Assembly (NCBI GenBank): GCA_016204335.1
Contig: JACQKU010000008.1
Coordinates: 10,913 to 74,912 of the forward strand
Length of the DNA: 64,000 nt
Direction: 5' to 3'
DNA from: Candidatus Liptonbacteria bacterium
GTDB taxonomy: Bacteria; Patescibacteriota; Minisyncoccia; UBA6257; 2-01-FULL-56-20
Shown here: positions 7,002 through 17,481 of the stretch, piece after piece
Layout of the letters: each line of letters opens with the position of its first letter
Numbering within the stretch: the stretch's first letter is position 1
Translations under genes and position numbers: made by a program
Notes under the pieces: generated by a model
Seen by the model: the letters and a program-made list of their open reading frames with translations, nothing else
Databases searched by the model: none
Told to the model about the DNA's origin: nothing

Positions 7002-8534
7002 TTATATAAACTCTCTCAGCAAACTCTTCCCGGTCATTTCTTTCGGCTGTGGAATTTCCATCAGTTCCAGAATCATCGGGGCGATGTCGGAAAGCACGCC
7101 GGTGACTTCCATTGAAAGATTTTTCCAGTTCACGAATTTTCTGCCTTTGAATTCCGGAGCGACGAGATACACGGGCACCGGATTCGGGTCGTGCTGGGTT
7201 TCCATTCTGCCTGTTTCCGGATTGAGCATTTCTTCGACATTCCCGTGGTCGGAAGAAATAACAATAATGGTTTCAGAATTAAGGCCGGCTTTCAGTACCC
7301 TCCCGATTTCTTTATCAATAACTTTGATTGTTTCAACCGCGGCTTCGAAATTGCCGGTGTGGCCAATCGTGTCGGGATTCGCGTAGTTCGCCAGAATAAA
7401 ATCGAACGAACGGCTTTCAATGGCTTGCACGAGGCGGTCGGTGATTGCGGACGCCATCATTTCCGGATGTTCGTCCGGATGGGGAGCGGTAAGCGAGGGA
7501 ATGAAAACCCGATATTCGTTTTTGAACACGGATTCGCGGTAGCCGTTGAAAAAATAGGTGACATGGGCATATTTGTATGTTTCAGCGAGCCGTAGCTGCG
7601 TCTTTCCCGCGTCGCTCAAAATTTTGCCGAGCGGCTCTTCAACGGCTTCCGGCGGATACGCGACCGGCACGGAAAACTTTTCTTCGTAGCGCGTCATTGT
7701 CGCAATATAGAGATTTTGGAATGTTTTGACCGGAAATTTGCCGAATTTTTTTTCGATAAACGCTTCGGCGAGCTGGCGGATGGAATCCTCGCGGAAGTTG
7801 AAAAAAATGAGAGCGTCATTGTCTTTGACCGTTCCGTCCCGCCCAACGCGAAGCGGGGGAAGAAATTCCTCGCTTATGCCGCGCGCATAGTTGTCTTTAA
7901 TCTCGGCTTCAATGTCGCCGGTCATTGGTTGCCGGTCATCGGTCATGCACTCATACGCCCGCCGGGTGACCTGCCAGTTTTGCGTTCTGTCCATAGCGTA
8001 GTATCTGCCGGTCAGCGTGGAGAGTTTTTCAATCGGGATTTCTTTGAGGAATTTTTCGAGCGAGCGCGGCGGACTGTCTTTTCCGTCGGCGAAGAGATGC
8101 AGTTTTACGTTTTCTACATTTTGCTCTTCCGCCATTTGAAGAAGCGCCTGAAGATGTTCGATGGACGCGTGAACGTTCGCGTTGGTAAGGAGGCCGACGA
8201 GATTTACTCCGGAATTATTTTTCCTTGCGTGCAAAAAAGCGTCTTTCAGCGCTTTATTTTCAAAAAAGCTTTTGTCCTGGATTCCGAGCGTAATACGCGG
8301 GAAATACTGGTAAATGACTTTTCCGGCGCCGATGGTCAAATGGCCGACTTCGCTGTTGCCGGTTTCGCCCCACGGCAGGCCCACGCCGATTCCCGATGCC
8401 TGCAAACTGCCCGTCGGAAAGTTTTCTTCGAGCATCCGGAAGCTTTCCGGCTTGACGGCGTGAATCGGATTCGAGGCGTCGTTTCTGCCGATGCCCCATC
8501 CGTCGAGGATGATAAGTACTACGGTTCGTTTCAT
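7002..8534 (-). CDS. gpmI: 2,3-bisphosphoglycerate-independent phosphoglycerate mutase
   Basis: LIILDGWG, GNSEVGH, GRYYAMDR, AETYKYAHVTYFFNG, NYANPDTIGHTG, SDHGN. Confidence 0.97.
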   Translation of the reverse strand: MKRTVVLIILDGWGIGRNDASNPIHAVKPESFRMLEENFPTGSLQASGIGVGLPWGETGNSEVGHLTIGAGKVIYQYFPRITLGIQDKSFFENKALKDAFLHARKNNSGVNLVGLLTNANVHASIEHLQALLQMAEEQNVENVKLHLFADGKDSPPRSLEKFLKEIPIEKLSTLTGRYYAMDRTQNWQVTRRAYECMTDDRQPMTGDIEAEIKDNYARGISEEFLPPLRVGRDGTVKDNDALIFFNFREDSIRQLAEAFIEKKFGKFPVKTFQNLYIATMTRYEEKFSVPVAYPPEAVEEPLGKILSDAGKTQLRLAETYKYAHVTYFFNGYRESVFKNEYRVFIPSLTAPHPDEHPEMMASAITDRLVQAIESRSFDFILANYANPDTIGHTGNFEAAVETIKVIDKEIGRVLKAGLNSETIIVISSDHGNVEEMLNPETGRMETQHDPNPVPVYLVAPEFKGRKFVNWKNLSMEVTGVLSDIAPMILELMEIPQPKEMTGKSLLREFI

Positions 8535-8550
8535 GAGAGTAATCGCGAAC

Positions 8551-8604
8551 CATTCGACAGGCTCATGATGATTCGGCGAATGATGGTGAGCAAGGTCGAA
8601 CCAT
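8551..8604. repeat. TTCGAC..GCTCA / TGAGC..GTCGAA palindromic element
   Basis: ccattcgacaggctcatgatg...atggtgagcaaggtcgaacc. Same family as the units at ~4933 and 55704. Confidence 0.65.
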
Positions 8605-8717
8605 AACGCGAATCAAAGAGGTAATAATGCGAATCCGGTATTGTTACTATTTTTCTAATGGGATTCATTACCTTTATATTGTAAGCGATTTTACCCTGTG
8701 TTATCCAGATGTCCCTC

Positions 8718-8747
8718 TTGACCGAAGTATCCTCGTCTTGCTATCAT
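8718..8747 (+). promoter_or_regulatory. Candidate sigma70 promoter for rny
   Basis: TTGACC-18 nt-TATCAT with a TG extension. Confidence 0.45.
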
Positions 8748-8795
8748 ACAATCATTAAAGAGTCACCAAACAATTTTTCCTAAAAAACTCAAGGA

Positions 8796-8890
8796 GTAAT
8801 CGCGAATATCACGAATAAAAAGAGATAATAATGCGAATAGTACGTATAGTATTCGCGTTATTACTCGAAGATTCGCGTTATTAGCGAATA
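8796..8890. repeat. GCGAAT/ATTCGC degenerate repeat hairpin upstream of rny
   Basis: Several (G/A)CGAAT units followed by ATTCGC units. A similar block is at 10442-10545. Confidence 0.7.
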
Positions 8891-8921
8891 CTGATTATGA
8901 AGAATTTAGGGATACAACAGT

Positions 8922-10445
8922 ATGGAAATTTCCATTCCGGCAGTTATCGGAGGGTTGGTTTTGGGTTTGCTCGTCGGGTACTTCGCGCGGCAGTTCTTTG
9001 CGGCGCGGCAGGCAGAGTCGGTTGAACATAAAAGCAGGCGGAAAGTCGAAGACGCGGAAGCGCAGGCCAGAAAAGTCGTTTTAAGCGCGGAGGAAAAAGC
9101 CGCTTCGATTCTCGCCGAGTCAAAAGAAGAGAGGAAAAAGCGCGAAGAGGAAATTAGGCAATCGGAAAAACATCTTCTCCAGCGCGAGGAGATTCTCGAC
9201 AAGCGGCTTTCTTCCATCGGCGAGGAAGAACAGACAATTAAAAACAAGACCGAAACTCTTAAGGCGAAAGAAGCGGAAGTCGCGGAACTGAAAAATAAAA
9301 TTCAGAGCGAGTTCGAAAAAATAAGCGGCCTTTCGCGCGAAGAGGCGCGTCAGGAGTTGTTCCGCGAAGTCAAAGAAAACAACCATAAGGAACTTGCCGA
9401 ACTTCTTCAAAAGTTCGACAAGGAACGGCGCGACGAGATTGAAAAGAAGTCGCTCGATATTCTGACGGTCGCACTTCAGCGCTACGCGCGCTCGCACGTT
9501 TCCGAACTTACCACGACGGTTTTTCCGCTCGGCGACGAGGAATTGAAAGGAAAAATAATCGGACGCGAAGGCAGGAACATTCGCGCGCTCGAACGCGCGA
9601 CCGGCGTGGAATTCGTGATTGACGAAACGCCGGACAGCGTCGTCATTTCCTCATTCGACCCGTTCCGGAGAGAAATCGCCAGAATCGCGCTCGGGAAATT
9701 GATAAAAGACGGCAGGATTCAGCCGGCTAAAATCGAAGAAAAAGTCGAGGAGGCGAAAGAGGAACTGAACAAACGAGTGCTTGAAATCGGAGAAGAAGCG
9801 TCGGCGGAAGTGGGAATTTACGATTTGCCGAAAGAGATACTACAATTGCTGGGCCGGCTGAATTTCCGCACCAGTTTCGGCCAGAATGTTTTGACGCACT
9901 CCGTTGAAATGGCGCATCTCGCGAGCATGATTGCGGCTGACCTAGGTCTGAACGTTCAGGTTGCCAAAAAGGGAGCGCTTCTTCACGACATCGGCAAAGC
10001 AATCGACCACGAGGTCGAAGGAACGCATGTGGAGATAGGGATGAAGCTTCTCAAAAAATACGAGATTGACGAGAAGGTGATTCAGGCGATGCAGTCGCAC
10101 CACGAAGAATATCCGTACGCGACTTCTGAGGCGTATGTCGTGACGGCGGTTGACGCGCTTTCTGCGGCGCGGCCCGGCGCGCGGCGGGGAACCCTTGAAA
10201 ACTATATCAAGCGGCTTGGAGACCTTGAAAAAATAGCCGGCGAGTTCCCGGCGGTCAAAAATGCCTATGCCATCTCGGCGGGACGCGAGCTTCGTGTATT
10301 CGTCATTCCGGAAAAGATAGACGATTTCGGAGCGCTGGAGCTCGCGAGGCAGATTGCCAACCGCATCCAATCCGAGTTAAAATATCCGGGCGAGATTAAA
10401 GTAAATGTAATCCGTGAAATGCGGGCGGTGGAATACGCAAAGTAA
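8922..10445 (+). CDS. rny: Ribonuclease Y
   Basis: N-terminal TM, coiled coil, KH (KGKIIGREGRNIR), HD (LLHDIGK), SAARPGAR. Confidence 0.98.
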   Translation: MEISIPAVIGGLVLGLLVGYFARQFFAARQAESVEHKSRRKVEDAEAQARKVVLSAEEKAASILAESKEERKKREEEIRQSEKHLLQREEILDKRLSSIGEEEQTIKNKTETLKAKEAEVAELKNKIQSEFEKISGLSREEARQELFREVKENNHKELAELLQKFDKERRDEIEKKSLDILTVALQRYARSHVSELTTTVFPLGDEELKGKIIGREGRNIRALERATGVEFVIDETPDSVVISSFDPFRREIARIALGKLIKDGRIQPAKIEEKVEEAKEELNKRVLEIGEEASAEVGIYDLPKEILQLLGRLNFRTSFGQNVLTHSVEMAHLASMIAADLGLNVQVAKKGALLHDIGKAIDHEVEGTHVEIGMKLLKKYEIDEKVIQAMQSHHEEYPYATSEAYVVTAVDALSAARPGARRGTLENYIKRLGDLEKIAGEFPAVKNAYAISAGRELRVFVIPEKIDDFGALELARQIANRIQSELKYPGEIKVNVIREMRAVEYAK

Positions 10446-10545
10446 TCGCGAATAATGCGAATATAGGCGAAATAATGCGAATAAGATGCATTATTTTCTG
10501 GACAAATTCGCATTATTTGCTAAAATTAGCATTATTAGCGAACAC
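10442..10545. repeat. GCGAAT/ATTCGC degenerate repeat hairpin downstream of rny
   Basis: taatcgcgaataatgcgaat...attcgcattatttgct...ttagcgaa. Confidence 0.7.
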
Positions 10546-10547
10546 TC

Positions 10548-11960
10548 ATGCTGTTAAAAATTTCCAAATCTTTTCTTTACTGCTCGGTTTTGAGCGTCCT
10601 TGTTGTTTTGAACGGCACTTTTTTCCCGTTCATCGGCGGCAAGAATTACTTTTACAGGGCCATAATTGAATTGGCGTTTATATTTTTTCTCTTATGGTGG
10701 GCGTTCGAGGCGCCGGTTGGCGAGGTTCTTGCCAGAATGAAGCGGTTATTGAAACAGCCGCTTTTTCTCGCCGTTTCGCTCTTTTTCATTTTTTTTATGC
10801 TCGCGACCGTATTCGCGTTTGATTCCCATGCCGCGTTTTGGTCAAATTACGAACGCGGAGAAGGCGGTTTTCAGATGCTTCATTATTACGGCTTTTTCTT
10901 TCTCGCAGTTCTTCTTTTTGACCGGAAAAAGGACTGGCAATGGATGTTTTGGGCGTCGCTTGCCGCGGGCATCGGGATGATTTTTTACGGTATTGCGGCG
11001 GCGATAGATTTTACGCCGATGTGGCGGAATCTCCTTCGTCCGGGTCAGGCGCCCCCGTTAAATTTTATAGGCCCTTATTTTCCGGGCGGAGCGCCCATAA
11101 AAGAGACGCTTATCGAACGTCTCTTCGCGAGCTCCAGATTTCAGGGTTCTCTAGGCAATCCGGCGTACGTGGCTCCCTATCTGATGTTTTCTCTTTTTTA
11201 TCTTGCCTGGCTTTGGGTTTCCGAGCATAGACGCACGCTTCTTAAAAATATTTCGTACGGCGTTCTTGCGGCTTTTTTTTCGGTGTTCTTTCTTGCTTCC
11301 CAAACGCGCGGCGCGTTCGTGGGCTTGGTTGCGGCGATTTTCGTATTCCTTGCCATATTGGTGATGAAGAATCAAGTATGGAGAAAATGGCTTATACTTC
11401 TTATCGCGGTTCTCGCGATGTTGCTGGGGACACTCATATATTATCGACAGAATGATTTTGTTAAAAAGCTTCCAGCCAGCCGGCTTTTTGACATCACTCT
11501 GAATAATCAAACATTCCAAACGCGGCTTTGGACATGGAACTCGGCGTGGCAGGGATTTAAAGACAGGCCTATCCTCGGGTGGGGTCCCGAAAATTTTTCC
11601 GCGGTCTTCGATAAATATTTCGACCCGCGCCATTTCGTTCCCGGCCAGCCGTCCGAGACATGGTTCGATTACGCTCACAGCGCAATCTTCGATTATCTTT
11701 CGGAAACGGGGATTCTCGGCCTTTTGAGTTATCTTGCCATCTTCGGAGTATTTTATTGGGAATGGTTCAGAAAGAAATTTAATTCTGGCAACGGGATACT
11801 GCTCTTCGCGCTTATGGCCGCAATTCCCATCGGATATCTTGTCCAGGGACTCGCGCTTTTTAACGTTCTTCCCATCTATATCAATCTGTTTTTGCTCTTA
11901 GCGTTCGCATGTTATGAATTTCGTCCTCATGCCGATAAGGCATCTCAGGATAAAATTTGA
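10548..11960 (+). CDS. O-antigen ligase / O-oligosaccharyltransferase-like membrane protein (Wzy_C)
   Basis: Multi-TM; RFQGSLGNP, SQTRGA, TRLWTW..A......PILGWGPENF, FDYAHS..FDYLSETGILG. Confidence 0.9.
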   Translation: MLLKISKSFLYCSVLSVLVVLNGTFFPFIGGKNYFYRAIIELAFIFFLLWWAFEAPVGEVLARMKRLLKQPLFLAVSLFFIFFMLATVFAFDSHAAFWSNYERGEGGFQMLHYYGFFFLAVLLFDRKKDWQWMFWASLAAGIGMIFYGIAAAIDFTPMWRNLLRPGQAPPLNFIGPYFPGGAPIKETLIERLFASSRFQGSLGNPAYVAPYLMFSLFYLAWLWVSEHRRTLLKNISYGVLAAFFSVFFLASQTRGAFVGLVAAIFVFLAILVMKNQVWRKWLILLIAVLAMLLGTLIYYRQNDFVKKLPASRLFDITLNNQTFQTRLWTWNSAWQGFKDRPILGWGPENFSAVFDKYFDPRHFVPGQPSETWFDYAHSAIFDYLSETGILGLLSYLAIFGVFYWEWFRKKFNSGNGILLFALMAAIPIGYLVQGLALFNVLPIYINLFLLLAFACYEFRPHADKASQDKI

Positions 11961-11967
11961 AGCTACA

Positions 11968-12603
11968 ATGATGAATCCAACAATCAAAAAGGCAATCGCA
12001 ATATCGGCAAGCATTTTCATTCTGTTGATTGGTTATTACGGCTCGTATCTGCCGATGAGAAAATCCATGATTTTTATCGGCGTCATACAGAATACGGGAG
12101 GGATAAAGACCCTTGCCGATTTTGAACAGGCATTTTCCGAACCTCTTGATTATCCGTCGCCCATCGGCCAGGAAGAATTGGTGCGAAACACCGCGAATAT
12201 GACGGTAGGCAGTATTCAAAATATTTCTCCGGAAGGCGTCGACCAAATGGTGAATTATATCGAGAGCTATTACGAACCGATCATCAGCCGCGGCCGTGGC
12301 ATGAGTTTCGGGCAGAATCTCTATCTTCTCGGGGCTATCAACGAACTCGCCTTTTTGAAGACGCAAAAAACGAAGTATATTGACGATGCGGAAAAATACT
12401 TTACAAAAGCCCTTGATTTGGGGCCGAAACGGCCGCAGGGCCTGTACGGACTTTTTGACGTCTATCGCGTAAAAGGCGATATTCCGAACGCAACGAAAGT
12501 CGGGGAACAGATTCTCGGCCAGTGGCCAACCGACACGAAGATAAAGGAAACGCTTGATGCCATGTCCGCCGGCGCTTCTTCGGGCGCTGAAAAGAAGCGG
12601 TAA
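11968..12603 (+). CDS. Membrane-anchored TPR-like protein (probable partner of the ligase)
   Basis: N-terminal TM and helical repeats AEKYFTKALDLGPKRPQGLYGL. Confidence 0.75.
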   Translation: MMNPTIKKAIAISASIFILLIGYYGSYLPMRKSMIFIGVIQNTGGIKTLADFEQAFSEPLDYPSPIGQEELVRNTANMTVGSIQNISPEGVDQMVNYIESYYEPIISRGRGMSFGQNLYLLGAINELAFLKTQKTKYIDDAEKYFTKALDLGPKRPQGLYGLFDVYRVKGDIPNATKVGEQILGQWPTDTKIKETLDAMSAGASSGAEKKR

Positions 12604-12607
12604 ATTT

Positions 12608-13633
12608 ATGCCGGAATCAGAAACGGGGAAAAAAGTCGCGCTCATTACCGGAGTCACGGGCCAGGATGGCAGCTATCTGGCGGAGCTTCTTTTGAAAAAA
12701 GGCTACGAGGTGCACGGCGTTATGCGCCGCGCTTCGACGTTCAATACGTACCGCATCGAGCATCTTTATCAGGATATTCACGAACAGAAAATTCCTTTTT
12801 TTCTTCATTTCGGCGACTTGGCCGACGCGAATACCATCCGCAAGCTTATTTATAAGATTCGGCCCGGCGAAATTTACAATCTCGGCGCGCAATCGCATGT
12901 ACGCGTGAGTTTCGACATCCCCGAATACACGGCGAATATCACCGGACTTGGAACTCTTCGCGTACTCGAAGCGATAAAGGACTTTGAAGAACAAACCGGC
13001 GGAAAAGTAAAATTCTACCAGGCGAGTTCGAGCGAAATGTTCGGTTCGGCGCCGCCGCCGCAAAACGAGCAGACGCCGTTTCAGCCCCGCAGTCCATACG
13101 GCATTTCGAAAGTATTCGCATTCCATACCGCCAAGAATTACCGGGACGCGTACGGAATTTTCGCGGTCAACGGCGTGCTTTTTAACCATGAGTCCGAACG
13201 GCGCGGCGAAACGTTTGTCACGCGGAAAATTACCCGTGGCATCGCGCGGATTCTCGCCGGACTCGATAAAAAAATTTATCTCGGCAATCTCGAGGCGAGG
13301 CGAGATTGGGGATACGCGCCCGAATATATGGAAGCCGCTTGGCTGATGATGCAGCAGGAAAAACCGGACGATTATGTGATTGGCACCGGCGAAAGCCATT
13401 CAGTGAGAGAATTCGCGGAAACCGCGTTCAAGCACGCGGGAATTTCCGATTGGGAGAAATATATCGGCATTGACACCCGTTATTATCGGCCTACCGAGGT
13501 TGAAAATCTTGTCGCAGACGCGAAAAAGGCGAAAGAAAAGCTGGGGTGGGAGGCGAAAACAAAGTTCAACGGACTCGTGACTATTATGGTTGACGCGGAG
13601 TTGAAGCACTATGGGCTGAAGAAAGGTTTCTAA
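12608..13633 (+). CDS. gmd: GDP-mannose 4,6-dehydratase
   Basis: [58 protein letters not shown]. Confidence 0.97.
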   Translation: MPESETGKKVALITGVTGQDGSYLAELLLKKGYEVHGVMRRASTFNTYRIEHLYQDIHEQKIPFFLHFGDLADANTIRKLIYKIRPGEIYNLGAQSHVRVSFDIPEYTANITGLGTLRVLEAIKDFEEQTGGKVKFYQASSSEMFGSAPPPQNEQTPFQPRSPYGISKVFAFHTAKNYRDAYGIFAVNGVLFNHESERRGETFVTRKITRGIARILAGLDKKIYLGNLEARRDWGYAPEYMEAAWLMMQQEKPDDYVIGTGESHSVREFAETAFKHAGISDWEKYIGIDTRYYRPTEVENLVADAKKAKEKLGWEAKTKFNGLVTIMVDAELKHYGLKKGF

Positions 13634-13634
13634 T

Positions 13635-14567
13635 ATGGAGTTAAAAGAAAAAAAAATTTTAGTCACCGGCGGCGCGGGATTTTTGGGAAAATTTGTCATT
13701 GAGAAGTTAATCGGACGCGGAGTGGCGACAGAAAATATTTTCATACCCCGCGAGGCGGAATTCGATTTGCGGAATCGGGAACAATGTCTTCGCGCGACCG
13801 AAGGGCAAGACATTGTAATCCATCTGGCGGGCAAAGCCGGCGGCATCGGGTTCAACCGCGAGCGTCCCGGCGAACTTTTTTACGACAATATCGTTATGGG
13901 CGTCGAGTTGATGGAGGCGGCTCGGAAAGCCGGAGCCGGGAAATTCGTCGGCATCGCGTCGGTTTGTTCGTATCCGAAATTCACCCCTGTTCCGTTCAGG
14001 GAAGACGATTTGTGGAGCGGCTATCCCGAAGAAACGAACGCGCCGTACGGCCTCGCGAAGAAAATGCTTCTGGTGCAGGCGCAGGCGTATCGCGCCCAAT
14101 ACGGCATGAACGCGATTACCCTTTTCCCGGTTAATTTATACGGTCCCGGCGACAGTTTCGACCTTTCGCGGGCGCACGTTATTTCTTCATTGATTAAAAA
14201 AGTCGCGGATGCAAAAAAAGAGAATAACGGTTTTATTGAAGCGTGGGGAAGCGGCAAGCCGACCCGGGAATTTTTATACGTTGAAGATGCCGCCGAGGGA
14301 ATCGCGCTCGCGGCGGAAAAATACGACAAGCCGGAGCCGGTGAATTTGGGCTCGGGAAAAGAAATTTCGATAAAGGAACTCGCGGAGACGATATGCCGGC
14401 TGATGGATTTTCGGGGCGAACTGCGCTGGGACGCTTCCAAACCCGACGGTCAGCCGCGCCGCCAACTGGATGTGTCGCGCGCCGAGAAAGAATTCGGCTT
14501 CAAGGCAAAAACCGATTTTGAGACAGGGTTAAAGAAGACGATTGAGTGGTATATGTCCAATAATTGA
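13635..14567 (+). CDS. fcl: GDP-L-fucose synthase
   Basis: [63 protein letters not shown]. Confidence 0.92.
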   Translation: MELKEKKILVTGGAGFLGKFVIEKLIGRGVATENIFIPREAEFDLRNREQCLRATEGQDIVIHLAGKAGGIGFNRERPGELFYDNIVMGVELMEAARKAGAGKFVGIASVCSYPKFTPVPFREDDLWSGYPEETNAPYGLAKKMLLVQAQAYRAQYGMNAITLFPVNLYGPGDSFDLSRAHVISSLIKKVADAKKENNGFIEAWGSGKPTREFLYVEDAAEGIALAAEKYDKPEPVNLGSGKEISIKELAETICRLMDFRGELRWDASKPDGQPRRQLDVSRAEKEFGFKAKTDFETGLKKTIEWYMSNN

Positions 14568-14584
14568 TACCGCGACTTCGCGGT

Positions 14585-15322
14585 TCATTTGATTCCTCTT
14601 AGCTTCGGTCCGTACTCAAGCGTAAACGACCCGTCGTTTTTTTCTTTATTGCGGATGATATGCACTTCGCGGCAAACTTCTTTTTGATTTAAAACCTCGT
14701 TCCATACGGCTTTTGCGACTTCAAGCGGTTCCATATATCCTGTCGTATCCTGCTTGGTGTCTTTGAATATCTCCGTTTTCATGCCGCCCGGGTAAAAAAT
14801 GGTTGCATGCGAGCCGGGCAGTTCCAGCGCCAATTCATCCGCGAAGTTTAAGACGAACACCGCTTGCGCGTCTTTTGAGGCGCAGTATACCGTTTCGTTT
14901 TTGCGAATGAGCCATGCGGAAGCCGATGAGATGGCGATGAGATGATACGGCTTTTTTTGTAATTCGCGCTTCTCGTGAAATCGATGAAGTACTTTCAGAG
15001 GCCCCGTAAAATTTGTGGCAGTTATATTGTCGATGTCAGCCGGCGAAAGTTCCCGAAATGATTTTCTGCCCGGCCACGTGCCGGCGTTCCAGAAAAAATA
15101 GTCGATTGCATCATACTCAAGAACGGACATTGCCTTATCAATACTCTCGTCGTCGGTGAGGTCCATCGCGATTCGTATTGCGTTTTCCGGAAGCGAGGCC
15201 TTGATATTCGGTTCTTCTACGGATCGGCCGGTTACAATCGGCTGAATATCTCTCTCTGCCGATTCCTTTGCGAGAGCGAGCCCAAGCCCTTTTGTGCCGC
15301 CTAAAATAAGTGAGCGTTTCAT
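14585..15322 (-). CDS. Short-chain dehydrogenase/reductase
   Basis: ILGGTKGLG, NAG, SS, YCASK, PGGMKT. Confidence 0.9.
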   Translation of the reverse strand: MKRSLILGGTKGLGLALAKESAERDIQPIVTGRSVEEPNIKASLPENAIRIAMDLTDDESIDKAMSVLEYDAIDYFFWNAGTWPGRKSFRELSPADIDNITATNFTGPLKVLHRFHEKRELQKKPYHLIAISSASAWLIRKNETVYCASKDAQAVFVLNFADELALELPGSHATIFYPGGMKTEIFKDTKQDTTGYMEPLEVAKAVWNEVLNQKEVCREVHIIRNKEKNDGSFTLEYGPKLRGIK

Positions 15323-15386
15323 TGAAGGCATAGTAGCACATCGGTTGTCTTTTCTCCACTCATTATTTATGCTATAATTCAAATAT

Positions 15387-16358
15387 ATGATCTACGACGA
15401 TATCAAAAATTCCAGCAAACAATTTACATGGGAGCCGAAAATTGAGAATGCCTCCGCGCTAAAAAAATTTAAGAAATTTATTGTTGTCGGCATGGGCGGT
15501 TCGCATTTCCCCGCCGATATCATAAAAACATGGCGGCCCGATTTTCAGGTTATCTCGTGGTCAAATTACGGTCTGCCTCCGCTGCCCCCGAAAGAGCTTA
15601 AAGAACACCTTATTATCGCGAGTTCATATTCGGGGAACACCGAAGAAACGATTGACGGATTTGAGCTCGCGTTAAAAAAGAAATTGAATGTTGCCGTAAT
15701 GGCTTCAGGCGGAAAATTGGTCGCGATGGCGGAGATTCTTAAATTGCCCTATGCTAAAGTGCCGTCCGGGGTCCAACCGAGGTCCGCTCTGGGGTATATG
15801 CTCAAAGCCACTCTCGCGCTTATGGGCGAACGGCAGGCGCTAACAGACCTCAGCAAGCTTACAAAAACATTTCGCTCGAAGAGTTATGAAAAAAAGGGGA
15901 AAGAGCTCGCGAGGAAACTTAAAGGAAGCGTGCCAGCGATATACGCCTCGCCTCGGAATTATTCGATTGTTTACAACTGGAAAATACGATTCAATGAAAC
16001 GGGAAAAATTCCGGCGTTTTACAATCTGATACCGGAAATGAATCATAACGAGATGAGCGGTTTCGACGCGACTCGGAGCGCGGCGCCTCTCTCGCGGCAT
16101 TTCTATTTTATTTTCCTTAAAGACAAGGACGACCATCCGCAGATTATAAAAAGAATGGATGTAATGCGGAGAATTTTCACGAACCGCGGTTTTCGTTCGG
16201 AAGTTATATTGCTCGGCGGCAAAAATTGCTGGGAGAAAATTTTTTCATCGATTATGCTCGCGGACTGGACTTCGTATTACACGGGAAAGCAATACCACGC
16301 CGAGCCGGAAGCGGTTAAAATGATAGAGGAATTCAAGCGATTGGTTGCAAAGAGATAA
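15387..16358 (+). CDS. Bifunctional phosphoglucose/phosphomannose isomerase (SIS fold)
   Basis: VVGMGGS, SSYSGNTEET, QPRSA, NETGK, PEMNHNE. Confidence 0.92.
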   Translation: MIYDDIKNSSKQFTWEPKIENASALKKFKKFIVVGMGGSHFPADIIKTWRPDFQVISWSNYGLPPLPPKELKEHLIIASSYSGNTEETIDGFELALKKKLNVAVMASGGKLVAMAEILKLPYAKVPSGVQPRSALGYMLKATLALMGERQALTDLSKLTKTFRSKSYEKKGKELARKLKGSVPAIYASPRNYSIVYNWKIRFNETGKIPAFYNLIPEMNHNEMSGFDATRSAAPLSRHFYFIFLKDKDDHPQIIKRMDVMRRIFTNRGFRSEVILLGGKNCWEKIFSSIMLADWTSYYTGKQYHAEPEAVKMIEEFKRLVAKR

Positions 16359-16404
16359 GCGAAAAAGTGGACAAACTAGAATCGCGGTTTAGAATTAGAT
16401 TGCA

Positions 16405-17457
16405 ATGCGCGCTTTAATATTCCGGGGGCCAAACGATTATAGTGTCGAAGAAAAACCGATTCCGCAGATTGGCGAAGGAGAAATGTTGCTCAAAATTATC
16501 GCTTGCGGATTGTGCGGCACCGATGTGAAGGTTTTCGGCAACGGCCATCGCGCGATTACGCCGCCGAGGACAACTGGACATGAAATCGTGGGAACGGTTG
16601 CGGAATCAAAGTCCGACAAAGCAGGAGTCGTAAAGGGAGACAATGTTTTAGTCGTAGCGCCCATCGGATGTATGAAGTGCAGTTTCTGCCTCCGGGGAGA
16701 ACAGAATATCTGCCCGGTTGTCGTGGAGAAGGTACATGCGTTTGGCTACGATACCGACGGGGGATTTGCGGAGTATTTGCTAATTCCGAAAGAAGCCGCG
16801 GAACAGGGAGTCCTCATCAAGATTCCCGAAACCGAAATCCCGCTGACATTATTGGCGGTCGCGGAACCGTTGGCGTGCGTTTTGAACGGCCAGGAAAAGC
16901 TCCGCATCGGCCCCGATGATGTCGTTGTCGTAATCGGCGCAGGTCCCATCGGTTCTATGAATGTAATTGCGGCCCGCGCGGAGGGCGCGAAGAAAATTAT
17001 TCTTGCGGATATCGATTCCGCAAAGCTTGCGCTCGCTTCCGTTGTCCATCCGGATGTTTCGGTGGACAGTTCGAAAGAGAATCTTGTCGAGCGCGTCCGG
17101 AAAGAGACGGATGGACGGGGAGCCGATGTCGTGATTGTCGCGGCGCCCGCGCCTGCGCTTCAGACCGAGGCGATCGAAATGGCGGCGGTGCGCGCGCGTG
17201 TTTCATTCTTCGCCGGACTCGCGAAAGGAACCGTGTCGCCCATTATAGACACCAATAAGATCCATTATTGGGAGATCGAGGTTTATGGGGCTTTTGGCGC
17301 ATGCCGGAAGCAATACGAGAAAGCAATGCAGCTTATCATAAGCCGCCCTGCTGATTTCCAGGCGCTTGTCACACATACGATGCCTCTTGGAGACATTAAA
17401 AAAGCCGTGGATCTTATGAAAACAGGGCAGACGATCAAGGTAGTGATTGCGCCATAG
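16405..17457 (+). CDS. Zn-dependent polyol/sugar-alcohol dehydrogenase (iditol dehydrogenase-like)
   Basis: CGLCGTD, GHE, C..C..C......C, AEPLAC, IGAGPIG. Confidence 0.92.
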   Translation: MRALIFRGPNDYSVEEKPIPQIGEGEMLLKIIACGLCGTDVKVFGNGHRAITPPRTTGHEIVGTVAESKSDKAGVVKGDNVLVVAPIGCMKCSFCLRGEQNICPVVVEKVHAFGYDTDGGFAEYLLIPKEAAEQGVLIKIPETEIPLTLLAVAEPLACVLNGQEKLRIGPDDVVVVIGAGPIGSMNVIAARAEGAKKIILADIDSAKLALASVVHPDVSVDSSKENLVERVRKETDGRGADVVIVAAPAPALQTEAIEMAAVRARVSFFAGLAKGTVSPIIDTNKIHYWEIEVYGAFGACRKQYEKAMQLIISRPADFQALVTHTMPLGDIKKAVDLMKTGQTIKVVIAP

Positions 17458-17481
17458 TGGGAAAGGGAGAATAATGTAAAC

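Noticed and set aside
8796-8890. Repeat blocks here and at 10442-10545 and 20931-20994 as possible CRISPR arrays
   Set aside because: Units are 6-9 bp, degenerate and inverted, with no constant repeat-spacer periodicity and no cas genes.
11914-11967. Possible frameshift splitting a fused ligase-TPR gene
   Set aside because: The first ORF ends in a hydrophilic tail and the second starts 7 nt later with ATG and its own TM segment. This looks like a natural two-gene arrangement with no slippery tract.
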